DNA from: a virus
Taxonomy: Duplodnaviria; Caudoviricetes
IMG/VR virus record: IMGVR_UViG_3300032155_000027
Location: 1-33,650 of that record
Length of the DNA: 33,650 nucleotides
Reading direction: 5' to 3' (one strand)
The notes beneath the pieces are model-generated. The model was not told the origin of the DNA, searched no databases, and saw nothing but the letters and a program-made list of their open reading frames with translations. Position 1 is the first letter of the stretch. Every line of letters starts with the position of its first letter. The position numbers and the translations under genes were made by a program. Shown here piece after piece: positions 26,593 to 33,650 of this stretch.

Positions 26593-27438
26593 CTACAGGA
26601 TGCCGGAGTCGACTTCGTCGGCCGGGGCGGTGGTGGCGGGGGCCTTGGTCCCGTTGGCGGCGGCCTCGAAGCGCTTGGCGATCTCGCCGAGCTGGTCGCC
26701 CAGCTTCTTCATCCCGTCGTCCAGGGCGGCGAAGCGCGCGGCGCTGTCGTCGGCCTTGGCGGCTTCCGGGGCCTTCAGATCTTCCGCGGGCTTCCCCTCG
26801 CCCTCCTTGGGCTTGGCGGCGAAGGCCTCGACCTTGGCCTTGAGGGCCGACACGTCGGTGGCCAGGGCGTCGATCTTGCCCGTCATGGCCTCAAACTGCG
26901 CTTTGTCCATGGCTTCCTCATTCTCCACTTTGGGGTTGATTTTGAATTTCTCCATGAACCGGGTGAACCACGTGGGAGCCTCCTCCTGCTCGGGCAAGGA
27001 GAAGGCCTCGCCGGGCATGAAGATGCTGTCGGGCTTGTTCCGGCGCGCGGAGAACTTGAGTTCATCGGTTCCGAGCGAGGCGGGGGAGTCGGTCACGCCA
27101 AGGCCCACGAGGTAGGTCTTGCCGGTCCCGGCAAAGTTGGGGGCCAGCTCCATGCTGAAAAAGAGGCGCTGCCCGTACTGGTTGTCCCAGGCGTAGCTCG
27201 CGTTCGGCTGCAGGCGCGCGAGCAGCGTCACCACGCCGCCCTCCTCCTCGGCCTTGAGTTCCAAGACCTTGCCGTAGTTGTTCCCGAAACGCAGATGGTC
27301 CGGCCAGATCAGGGCGGTGTACTCCTCCGGGTCGTAAGTCTCGGCAGCGTCCCGGAGCCATTGCGGGTCAATGTCGCGTCCGTCGATGGACTTGCCGGAA
27401 CGGCCGATGCGCACGAAGTCGGTGTAGAGTTTTCCCAT
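26593..27438 (-). CDS. Capsid scaffolding protein/protease (P2 gpO-like)
   Basis: SGKSIDGRDI, YTALIWPDH, FSMEL and YLVGLGVTDSPASLGT motifs. Alternative start at 27447. Confidence 0.9.
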   Translation of the reverse strand: MGKLYTDFVRIGRSGKSIDGRDIDPQWLRDAAETYDPEEYTALIWPDHLRFGNNYGKVLELKAEEEGGVVTLLARLQPNASYAWDNQYGQRLFFSMELAPNFAGTGKTYLVGLGVTDSPASLGTDELKFSARRNKPDSIFMPGEAFSLPEQEEAPTWFTRFMEKFKINPKVENEEAMDKAQFEAMTGKIDALATDVSALKAKVEAFAAKPKEGEGKPAEDLKAPEAAKADDSAARFAALDDGMKKLGDQLGEIAKRFEAAANGTKAPATTAPADEVDSGIL

Positions 27439-27484
27439 GCCCGGCATGTAGGCACATCCGGCAAGCCGTGGGCAAGGCTGCGGC

Positions 27485-27507
27485 GTCCGATTCACGCCGT
27501 ATCGGAC
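27485..27507. promoter_or_regulatory. Dyad in the divergent late promoter region (candidate Ogr-type activator site)
   Basis: GTCCGAT-N9-ATCGGAC centred at 27496, almost equidistant (58/56 nt) from the gpO and gpP start codons. Confidence 0.6.
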
Positions 27508-27551
27508 AGGCTGCGCGGGAGCGGCTCCCCCGGCCGTGCTATGGCGGCGGC

Positions 27552-29381
27552 ATGGAGAACACGGAAGGACAGGGCCAGGCGCGGGCGCGGCAGTATCCGG
27601 AAGAGGTCAAGACCGCCGCCCGCGGGCTCTACCTGCGGCGCTACACGGTGGCCGAGATCTCGGACGCGCTGAACGTGCCCAGGCGCACCGTCTATCACTG
27701 GGCGGACACGGCCGACTGGGACGCCATGCTCACGCACGAGCTGCCCGAGCAGGCCATGTCCCGCCGACTCGCCATCCTGGTCGAGCGCGACGGCAAGACC
27801 CCGCAAGACCTCAAGGAGATAGACACCCTGGTGGGGGCCTTGGAGCGCCTGCAGGCCATGCGGGCGAAGGAACTGGCCGCCAAGAGCGAGCCCGTCCGCG
27901 AGGCCTCGCGGGAGTATGCGCGCGATGACGCGCAGGGGATGGCCCAGGCCGGGGAGCGGAGCGGCCAGCCGCAGGGGAAGCGCGGCGCGAAAAAGATCAA
28001 GAACGACGTCTCGCTCCTGACGCCCTCGCTCTTCCAGGAGAAGTTCCACACCGGCTTCTTCGACTACCAGCGGGAATGGCGCGCGGCCATGACCTACCGC
28101 AACCGCATGCTGCTCAAGTCCCGTCAGATCGGGGCCACGTGGTACTTCGCGCAGGAGGCCTTCGAGAACGCCGCCCTGACCGGCGACAACCAGATCTTCC
28201 TCTCGGCCACGCGGGCGCAGTCGCAGGTGTTCAAGAACTACATCGTGCAGCTCGTCGGCGAGGCCTTCGGCATCTCCCTCATGGGCAACCCGCTTATCCT
28301 GCACACGGCCAAGGGACCGGCCGAGCTGCACTTCCTCTCGAACAATTCCAAGAGCGCGCAGTCATACCACGGCCACGTCTACATCGACGAGTTCTTCTGG
28401 ATCTCGAAGTTCAAGGAGCTTTTCAAGGTGGCCACGGGCATGGCCGCGCACAAGAAATGGCGGCGCACCCTGTTCACCACCCCCTCGGCCGTGGCGCACG
28501 AGGCCTTCCCCCTGTGGTCCGGGGCCGACTTCCAGGCCCGCTTCGCGCGGCCAAAGCCCTGGCCTGACCGTGAGGCGCACCGCGCTGGCATACTCTGCCC
28601 GGATACCTGGTGGCGGCAGATCGTGACCCTGGCCGACGCGGAGAAGGGCGGCTGCGACCTCTTCGACGTGGAGCAGCTCAGGCTCGAATACTCCCCCGAG
28701 GAGTTCCGGCAGCTCTTCTCCTGCGAGTTTGTCGACGACGCCCTGGCCGTCTTCGCCCTGGCGCTCCTGGAGCGCTGCATGGCTGACCCGGCGGACTGGG
28801 AAGACGTATCGCCGGGCGACACGCACCCCGTTGGCAACCGCCCCGTGTGGGGCGGCTACGATCCGAGCCGCACCAGGGACGACGCCAGCTTCGCCGTCAT
28901 ACTCCCCCCGCTCAAGGCGGGCGAAAAGGCGCGCGTCATCGAGCGCCACAAGTGGGTGGGCAAGTCCTATCTCTGGCAGGCCGAACGCATCCGCGAGCTG
29001 GCGGACAAGTACCGCTTCTCGCATCTCGGCATCGACACCACTGGTCCGGGCATCGGCGTCTACGAGCAGGTCAAGCAGTTTTGCCCCGTGGCCATGCCCA
29101 TCGTCTACTCGGTGGTGTCGAAGGCGACCTTGGTGCTCAAGGCCCTTGAGGTCATGGAAGAGGGCCGCCTGGAATGGGACGCGGCCGAGACGGAGATCCC
29201 CCACGCATTTCTGACCATCAAGCAGATCGTCACCGGCAGCGGGCAGATCAGCTACGCCGCTGGCCGCACGGCAACCACGGGCCACGCGGACGTGGCCTGG
29301 GCAATCATGCACGCCCTCGCGGCCGAGCCCCTCGCGCGCCGGACAGGCAGCGGAGGGTGCATGGTCGCTGTCAGCCAATAA
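27552..29381 (+). CDS. Terminase large (ATPase) subunit (P2 gpP-like)
   Basis: N-terminal HTH, LKSRQIGAT, YIDEFFW, GYDPSRTRDD and GHADVAWA motifs. Confidence 0.95.
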   Translation: MENTEGQGQARARQYPEEVKTAARGLYLRRYTVAEISDALNVPRRTVYHWADTADWDAMLTHELPEQAMSRRLAILVERDGKTPQDLKEIDTLVGALERLQAMRAKELAAKSEPVREASREYARDDAQGMAQAGERSGQPQGKRGAKKIKNDVSLLTPSLFQEKFHTGFFDYQREWRAAMTYRNRMLLKSRQIGATWYFAQEAFENAALTGDNQIFLSATRAQSQVFKNYIVQLVGEAFGISLMGNPLILHTAKGPAELHFLSNNSKSAQSYHGHVYIDEFFWISKFKELFKVATGMAAHKKWRRTLFTTPSAVAHEAFPLWSGADFQARFARPKPWPDREAHRAGILCPDTWWRQIVTLADAEKGGCDLFDVEQLRLEYSPEEFRQLFSCEFVDDALAVFALALLERCMADPADWEDVSPGDTHPVGNRPVWGGYDPSRTRDDASFAVILPPLKAGEKARVIERHKWVGKSYLWQAERIRELADKYRFSHLGIDTTGPGIGVYEQVKQFCPVAMPIVYSVVSKATLVLKALEVMEEGRLEWDAAETEIPHAFLTIKQIVTGSGQISYAAGRTATTGHADVAWAIMHALAAEPLARRTGSGGCMVAVSQ

Positions 29382-29395
29382 TCCCTGGAGGGAAC

Positions 29396-30376
29396 ATGGA
29401 CAACGCGCCCTTTCTTTTCACCTTCGGCGACCCGGAGCCGGTCCTTGCCGGGCAGATTTGCGACGGCCTCGGTTCCTGGCTCCTGGACAACGGGCAATAC
29501 TACCAGACGCCCATCCCCTGGCGCGGCCTGGCCCGCCTGCTGCGCGCCAATGCCTACCACGGCCCCATCATCGAGTTCAAAGCGAACGTGGCCATGCGCG
29601 GCTTCGTGGCCTCGCAGGCGATCTCGCGCCGCGCCATGCATGCCGTGGCCACGGATTACCACGTCTTTTTCAACGCCTACCTGCAGAAGGTGAGGAACTT
29701 CTACGGCGAGGTCATCTCCCTGCGCCACCTTCCGGCCATAAACATGCGGCGCATGAAAGAGCCCGACACGTACTGCATGCTCGACAGTACCGGTCGGGTC
29801 ACCCCGTTCCAGACCGGCGAGGTGTTGCACCTGAAAAACTACGACGTTTCGCAGGACATCTACGGCATGCCCTACTACCTCGGGGCCGTGCAAAGCATGC
29901 TGCTGAACGAGGACGCCACCCTGTTCCGGCGGCGCTACTACCGCAACGGCGCGCACATGGGGTACATCTTCTACTCCGCGAGCGCGCATCTCGACGAGGA
30001 CTCCCGCGCCCTCCTCAAAAAGACCATCGAGGGCTCCAAAGGCCTGGGCAATTTCCGCTCGATGTTCCTGCACATCCCGGACGGCCGCGAGAAGGACGTC
30101 CAGATCCTGCCCGTGGGCGACTTTTCCACCAAGGACGACCTGGAACGGATCAAGAACCTCTCGCGCGACGACATCATCGCGGCGCATCGCATCCCCCCGG
30201 CCATGGCGTCCATCATCCCCACGAACACGGCTGGCTTCGGAGACATCTCCAAGGTCGACGCGGTCTACCAGCGCAACGAGGTCCAGCCCGTGCGCGAGAT
30301 CCTGCTTGAGGTCAACGACTGCCTCCCGGCCGGGCTCCGCGTCTCCTGGCCCGTGCCAGAGGGAGTGGAAGGGTAG
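29396..30376 (+). CDS. Portal protein (PBSX family, P2 gpQ-like)
   Basis: FTFGDPEPV, IYGMPYY, ATLFRRRYYRNGAH, GLGNFRS and AAHRIPP motifs; GGAGG RBS. Confidence 0.95.
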   Translation: MDNAPFLFTFGDPEPVLAGQICDGLGSWLLDNGQYYQTPIPWRGLARLLRANAYHGPIIEFKANVAMRGFVASQAISRRAMHAVATDYHVFFNAYLQKVRNFYGEVISLRHLPAINMRRMKEPDTYCMLDSTGRVTPFQTGEVLHLKNYDVSQDIYGMPYYLGAVQSMLLNEDATLFRRRYYRNGAHMGYIFYSASAHLDEDSRALLKKTIEGSKGLGNFRSMFLHIPDGREKDVQILPVGDFSTKDDLERIKNLSRDDIIAAHRIPPAMASIIPTNTAGFGDISKVDAVYQRNEVQPVREILLEVNDCLPAGLRVSWPVPEGVEG

Positions 30377-30455
30377 CTTCTACGTACAGAAAAGTACGCT
30401 TTGACTTGACAAGTGGAGCTGCTTCCTATTGTGTCTTTTTCGGAGGTCGGACACC

Positions 30456-30698
30456 ATGCGCATCATCTGCGACAGGTGCAAGAGCAAGGCCCGGATCGAG
30501 ACGACGCGGGAGATAACCCCAGGCTTCCGCCGCCTCTACTGCGCCTGCCGCAACGTCGAATGCGGGCACACCTTCGTCATGGATCTGACCTTCTCCCACA
30601 CCCTCTCCCCTTCCGCCCTCGATCTCCCCACCGAAACGCGCGACGCCCTGCGGGATTGCTCCAGCAGGGCGCAGGCCAGGGCGCTCTTCGCAGACTAG
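30456..30698 (+). CDS. ogr: Ogr/Delta-family zinc-finger late activator
   Basis: CDRC...LYCACRNVECGHTFV...SHTLSPSA; GGAGG RBS before the ATG at 30456. Confidence 0.9.
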   Translation: MRIICDRCKSKARIETTREITPGFRRLYCACRNVECGHTFVMDLTFSHTLSPSALDLPTETRDALRDCSSRAQARALFAD

Positions 30699-31147
30699 GC
30701 CCCGGATGAGTTCTCGACCGTCACGCGGTCGATGTAGTAGCGCGCGGCCGAGGTGATGAAGCCGGAGCGGGTCATGCCCTCGGCCTTGGCGACGCGGTCG
30801 ATGCGCGCCAAGACGTGCGGGGCCAGGGAGATGTTGATGCGCACCGGAGGCTCCCCTGCTGGGGGCACGGGCACGGCCTGCAGGATGACGCCGGGGTGCA
30901 ACTCCTCCCCGTCCTCGGCCGCCGCGGCCTCGGCCTTGGCTCTGGCCTCCGCGAAATCGGACGGCGCGGGCACGGTGTCGCCGTCCGCGCGCATGACGTC
31001 CAGGAACCCATCAAGCGCCTCCTGGGCCATGGCGAAGGCCTCCGCGAAGGTGTTCCCCTGGGTTTGGCAGCCCGGCAGGTCCGGGAAGGTTACGGCGAAG
31101 GCCCCCGCCTTCTCCTCGGCCGGATGAAAGACCGCGATGTAGTGCAT
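30695..31147 (-). CDS. hicB: HicB antitoxin with C-terminal RHH
   Basis: FAVTFPDLPGCQTQG.T..EA..MAQEAL...VPAPS; VRINISL...RIDRVA...TRSGFI. Confidence 0.92.
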   Translation of the reverse strand: MHYIAVFHPAEEKAGAFAVTFPDLPGCQTQGNTFAEAFAMAQEALDGFLDVMRADGDTVPAPSDFAEARAKAEAAAAEDGEELHPGVILQAVPVPPAGEPPVRINISLAPHVLARIDRVAKAEGMTRSGFITSAARYYIDRVTVENSSGA

Positions 31148-31177
31148 GATTCCTCCCCGTCCGGGGAGTGAAGCCGC

Positions 31178-31366
31178 CTAGCGCAGCTTCACCCCAGACG
31201 CCTTCTCGATGCTCTTGACGTTCTTGATCCACAGGTCCTTGACCGGATGCTGCACAGTGACCTTTCCGGGCTTGCTCGGATGCTTGAAGTACCAATGGTC
31301 GCCGCGCGTTCCCACGTGGAACCATCCGTCCTCTTCGAGCTTCCTGATGACCGTCTTGCTGTCCAC
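31178..31366 (-). CDS. hicA: HicA mRNA interferase toxin
   Basis: LEEDGW...RGDHWYFKHPSKPGKVTVQHPVKDL; GTG start with GGAGG RBS. Confidence 0.92.
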   Translation of the reverse strand: MDSKTVIRKLEEDGWFHVGTRGDHWYFKHPSKPGKVTVQHPVKDLWIKNVKSIEKASGVKLR

Positions 31367-31389
31367 GTCGCCTCCGTTTCCTGAACTCG

Positions 31390-31441
31390 ACTATGGCGAT
31401 TTTTTGTGTAACAGTCAAGATAAATGTGTATTTTATACACA
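31390..31441 (-). promoter_or_regulatory. hicAB sigma70-type promoter and candidate HicB operator
   Basis: Minus strand TTGACT-17 bp-CATAGT (31418-31390). Palindrome TGTGTAT-TTT-ATACACA at 31425-31441 plus a half-site at 31405-31410. Confidence 0.68.
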
Positions 31442-31478
31442 AAAGAGGCCCCGGAGCCGAGAACGGCTCCGGGGCCTC
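31441..31478 (-). terminator. Intrinsic terminator ending the antirepressor operon
   Basis: 15-bp perfect stem (31445-31459/31464-31478) with a 4-nt loop, followed by TTTT on the minus strand. Confidence 0.85.
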
Positions 31479-31495
31479 CTCCCCCTCGGCAGCAG

Positions 31496-31696
31496 CTACT
31501 GCTGCTGTCCGTCCGGTTGCGGTCGGGCCTGCCACCCCTCGTCGTCGATCTGCGCGGCGAGACGCTCTATGTCGTCCGCCTGCAGGGTGAGGAGCAGAGC
31601 CAGGCCGCCCTGCTCCTCCGGAAGCCCAGCGGCCGTCGTGCGCAGCGCCTCGGCGTGTGCGAACAGCCTGACAAGAGGTTCTGCCTCAACTTCCAT
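31496..31696 (-). CDS. Small helical hypothetical protein
   Basis: AAGGAGG RBS; ends just before the terminator. Confidence 0.6.
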   Translation of the reverse strand: MEVEAEPLVRLFAHAEALRTTAAGLPEEQGGLALLLTLQADDIERLAAQIDDEGWQARPQPDGQQQ

Positions 31697-31943
31697 GGGG
31701 TTCCTCCTTCCGACGGAGCGCGGCGCGCATGCGCTCCACGTCGCCGGTCAGCCAGACGAGCTGCTGGTGCAGGTGATTGAGCGCTGTGGGCGAAAGGCGG
31801 CCCGTGCGCACGGCTTGCCGCAAGGTCACGGACGCGGCCCTGAATTCATCCGCCAGCGCCAGCAGGTCGTCGCTCATCCGCTCCATCCCGGCGACAACGG
31901 CGAAGACGTCCGTGTACTCTGGGTTCTGGTGTTCACTGCTCAT
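31686..31943 (-). CDS. Small helical hypothetical protein
   Basis: GAGGAGG RBS; ATGA overlap with the upstream gene. Confidence 0.62.
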   Translation of the reverse strand: MSSEHQNPEYTDVFAVVAGMERMSDDLLALADEFRAASVTLRQAVRTGRLSPTALNHLHQQLVWLTGDVERMRAALRRKEEPHGS

Positions 31944-32986
31944 GCCCGCGCCTCCTCGTGGGTTTCGGTTTCCGGACGCTCGCCGCGTGCGGAAGCCCCA
32001 CCCTGTACAGCATCCTCTCCATTTGCGCTAGGTGCTTCTAATATTTCAACATTTCTTGAAATGTTGATTTCTTGATTGCAGAAAAACACCCAACATTTCA
32101 GGGTCTTGCCCATATGCCCGCTGTTCATGGCCTTGTTGGCCTCCACCAGCTTGCGCGGGGTGCTGGCGCGCAGCAGCAGCCGCAGCTCCGGCGCGTCGAA
32201 GACGAAGAGCCCGCGCGCCTGCGAGGCGCGCATGAACTGCGGCAGGTTCACGGCCAGCAGCGCCGGGGTGCGCGAGTGATTGAGCCAGCCCGGTCCCTGG
32301 CCGTCCGGTCCCTTCTGGGAGTTCAGCAGGTCGAACTGCTGCCAGAAGGCCGTGACCAGGGCCGGTTCCTCCTCCTCGCCCTTGGCGAAGGCCTCGTACT
32401 GCCGCACGGCCTTGGGGCTCGCCTTGCGCCCCTTGCGGAGCAGGGCGTCGTTCTGCTCGATCACGAAGCGCGCGGCCGCGGCCACTGCCCCTCCGGGTTG
32501 CTCATTCCCCGTGAGGTGGAAACGCGAGAGCACCTGCCGGAGCAGCGCCTGGCGCGGCAGCTCCGCGAGCATGGCCCAGAGGGCCACCAGCTCGTGCAGC
32601 TCGTCCATGCTCGAATTGGACGGTCCGAGCCCGCCCAGGTTCTCCAGCACGTCCAGCACCCACTTGCGGAACTCCTTGGCCCGATCCGTCCTGGCCAGCA
32701 TGGCCAGGAGATGGCATCCGCGAGGGGAGAAGACGCGGACTTCCTGCGGCCCGCCTGCCGTCTCCACCGTGACCAGGGCGGTCATGTCCTCGCTGAACTC
32801 GTCGGCGTGTCGATCGAAGAGTCTTTTGATTGCCTTCTTCGCAAGGGGGGTGTCAGTTTGACCCCCCCCTTTGGTGTATCCGAGGGCAAGTGCGATCTGG
32901 CTAGCGCGGAGCCAAGGAACCCCTTCGCGGTCGAAGACCTGCATGGGCACGTCTTGAAAGAGGATGGCTTCCGGAAGATGGGTCAT
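31940..32986 (-). CDS. Bro-N/Ant-type antirepressor-like protein with ORF6C-like middle and a primase-C-terminal-like domain
   Basis: WLRASQIALALGY...DRHADEF...VRVFSPRGCHLLAMLART..AKEFRKWVLDVLE. The C-terminal domain aligns with the primase C-terminus. ATG at 32986 (ATGA overlap, GGAGG RBS). Confidence 0.8.
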   Translation of the reverse strand: MTHLPEAILFQDVPMQVFDREGVPWLRASQIALALGYTKGGGQTDTPLAKKAIKRLFDRHADEFSEDMTALVTVETAGGPQEVRVFSPRGCHLLAMLARTDRAKEFRKWVLDVLENLGGLGPSNSSMDELHELVALWAMLAELPRQALLRQVLSRFHLTGNEQPGGAVAAAARFVIEQNDALLRKGRKASPKAVRQYEAFAKGEEEEPALVTAFWQQFDLLNSQKGPDGQGPGWLNHSRTPALLAVNLPQFMRASQARGLFVFDAPELRLLLRASTPRKLVEANKAMNSGHMGKTLKCWVFFCNQEINISRNVEILEAPSANGEDAVQGGASARGERPETETHEEARA

Positions 32987-33438
32987 GACTGCACCTCCTG
33001 CTTCGCCAAATGATCTACAGAGGAATACCGTCTCCCGAATTTTCGGGGGACGGTCATCGAGCGGGATTCCCATGTGGAGTTTGACGAGCCGAAAGTTCGG
33101 CTCGTTGAATACACCGACGCCATACTCTTAGGGAACATCGGCCGAATTTTCCGCCGATGTCCTATCACGCGCCGCGCCTCCGGCTTCCGCGAGCGGAAGA
33201 CCAGGGAGTAGAGGCCAGACTCGGAGATGATGAGCATGTTGGGGTTGCCGCGATTTCCATCAGCAATGCTGATGGTATTCTTCTCGTCATCCTCCAATTC
33301 ACTGACGGCCTGCGATGGGTTTCCTAGGTCCAAGACGTTGCACACGTCCTTGGCCACGAACCAGGGATTACCCTCGTGGTCCGTGCGCACGCGCACCAAG
33401 GAGTCATCAAAAGCGTAAGGCACGAGGCTGGCGGTCAT
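32983..33438 (-). CDS. Bro-N family protein, domain cut short after RSRKPEARR and continued by a palindrome array
   Basis: PWFVAKDVCNVL...IISESGLYSLVFRSRKPEA is classical Bro-N. The usual final F..WV..EVLP helix is missing, but the frame stays open to a coupled stop. Confidence 0.75.
   Translation of the reverse strand: MTASLVPYAFDDSLVRVRTDHEGNPWFVAKDVCNVLDLGNPSQAVSELEDDEKNTISIADGNRGNPNMLIISESGLYSLVFRSRKPEARRVIGHRRKIRPMFPKSMASVYSTSRTFGSSNSTWESRSMTVPRKFGRRYSSVDHLAKQEVQS
33027..33160. repeat. Array of three palindromes with common core CCGAA-NN-TTC(G/C)G at 54/53-nt period
   Basis: ACCGTCTCCCGAA-TT-TTCGGGGGACGGT (33027-33054), ACGAGCCGAA-AG-TTCGGCTCGT (33084-33105) and ACATCGGCCGAA-TT-TTCCGCCGATGT (33135-33160). 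Confidence 0.9.
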
Positions 33439-33650
33439 TGCGCACCTCCAGGCGCGGCCTGGGGCGCGCCCTGGGGACCGGGGAAGGGGTGTAAGGATTG
33501 CTTACACCCTCGGCGGACGGCTGCCAGCGCGGGCAGCACGACGTGCCGCGCCGCCATCACGCGCTGCTTGCCGCGCAGCGCGCCGACCATGGCCAGGACC
33601 ACAGGGGACAGGGGATTGGCCTCGATCACGAGGCAGTAGGCGGGAACCAT
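33435..33650 (-). CDS. Hypothetical protein, possibly 5'-truncated by the window edge
   Basis: ATGA coupling to the Bro-N gene; the ORF reaches the last base of the window. Confidence 0.45.
   Translation of the reverse strand: MVPAYCLVIEANPLSPVVLAMVGALRGKQRVMAARHVVLPALAAVRRGCKQSLHPFPGPQGAPQAAPGGAQ

Larger units (their letters stand above)
1..33650. mobile_element. P2/HP1-like (Peduoviridae-type) temperate phage/prophage with primase-helicase replication module; both ends may extend beyond the window
   Basis: Integrase, repressor switch, complete P2-type head genes (divergent O-N-M-L versus P-Q), contractile tail genes, lysis cassette and Ogr. No host genes recognised. att sites not identified. 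Confidence 0.95.

Noticed and set aside
24730-27672. 980-aa plus-strand ORF and other long antisense ORFs (e.g. 21660-23225, 14175-15653, 18014-19435, 94-1104)
   Set aside because: Shadow frames of well-supported genes on the opposite strand, as expected in high-GC DNA; no recognisable motifs.
30383-30398. LexA/SOS box call for the GTAC dyad
   Set aside because: The 6-bp spacer does not match the LexA boxes I know, and the host's LexA motif is unknown.
33027-33160. CRISPR array interpretation of the periodic hairpins
   Set aside because: The units share only a ~12-nt core, there is no conserved full-length direct repeat, and no cas gene is present. Kept as a palindrome array instead.
1-33650. 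tRNA/rRNA genes and att core repeats
   Set aside because: None recognised. The window begins at the integrase stop codon, so att sites probably lie outside it.

Overview
The whole 33.65-kb, GC-rich window is one temperate phage, probably a prophage. Its head, tail and lysis module is P2/HP1-like (Peduoviridae-type). The host cannot be determined from the sequence. Left arm (1-7371): an early operon on the minus strand (cro-like HTH, CII-like, Zn-finger/TOPRIM primase-helicase in place of the P2 A initiator, MazG-like protein, small Cys-rich proteins, xis, tyrosine integrase). A divergent short XRE repressor is flanked by five GGGCA-N3-TGYCC-like operators. 7372-7759: a non-coding element with a terminator, a P2 cos-like 19-mer and terminal inverted repeats. 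7758-27438 (minus): the late operon, running scaffold, capsid, small terminase, head/tail completion, sheath, tube, DksA-type finger, lysis, frameshifted tail chaperone, tape measure, baseplate, fibres, spike, then a Com-type Zn finger coupled to a DNA methyltransferase. 27552-30698 (plus): large terminase, portal, Ogr/Delta. Right end (minus): hicAB and a Bro-N antirepressor cluster. The two most unusual signals are in that cluster. First, a periodic array of three ~54-nt palindromic units that look like fragments of rha genes truncates one Bro-N gene, and four further unrelated palindromes sit inside the neighbouring coding sequences. Second, another Bro-N protein carries a clear paralogous copy of the C-terminal domain of the phage's own primase-helicase. 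Family assignments come from motif recognition by eye, not database searches. Start codons were re-chosen from RBS and stop/start overlaps.
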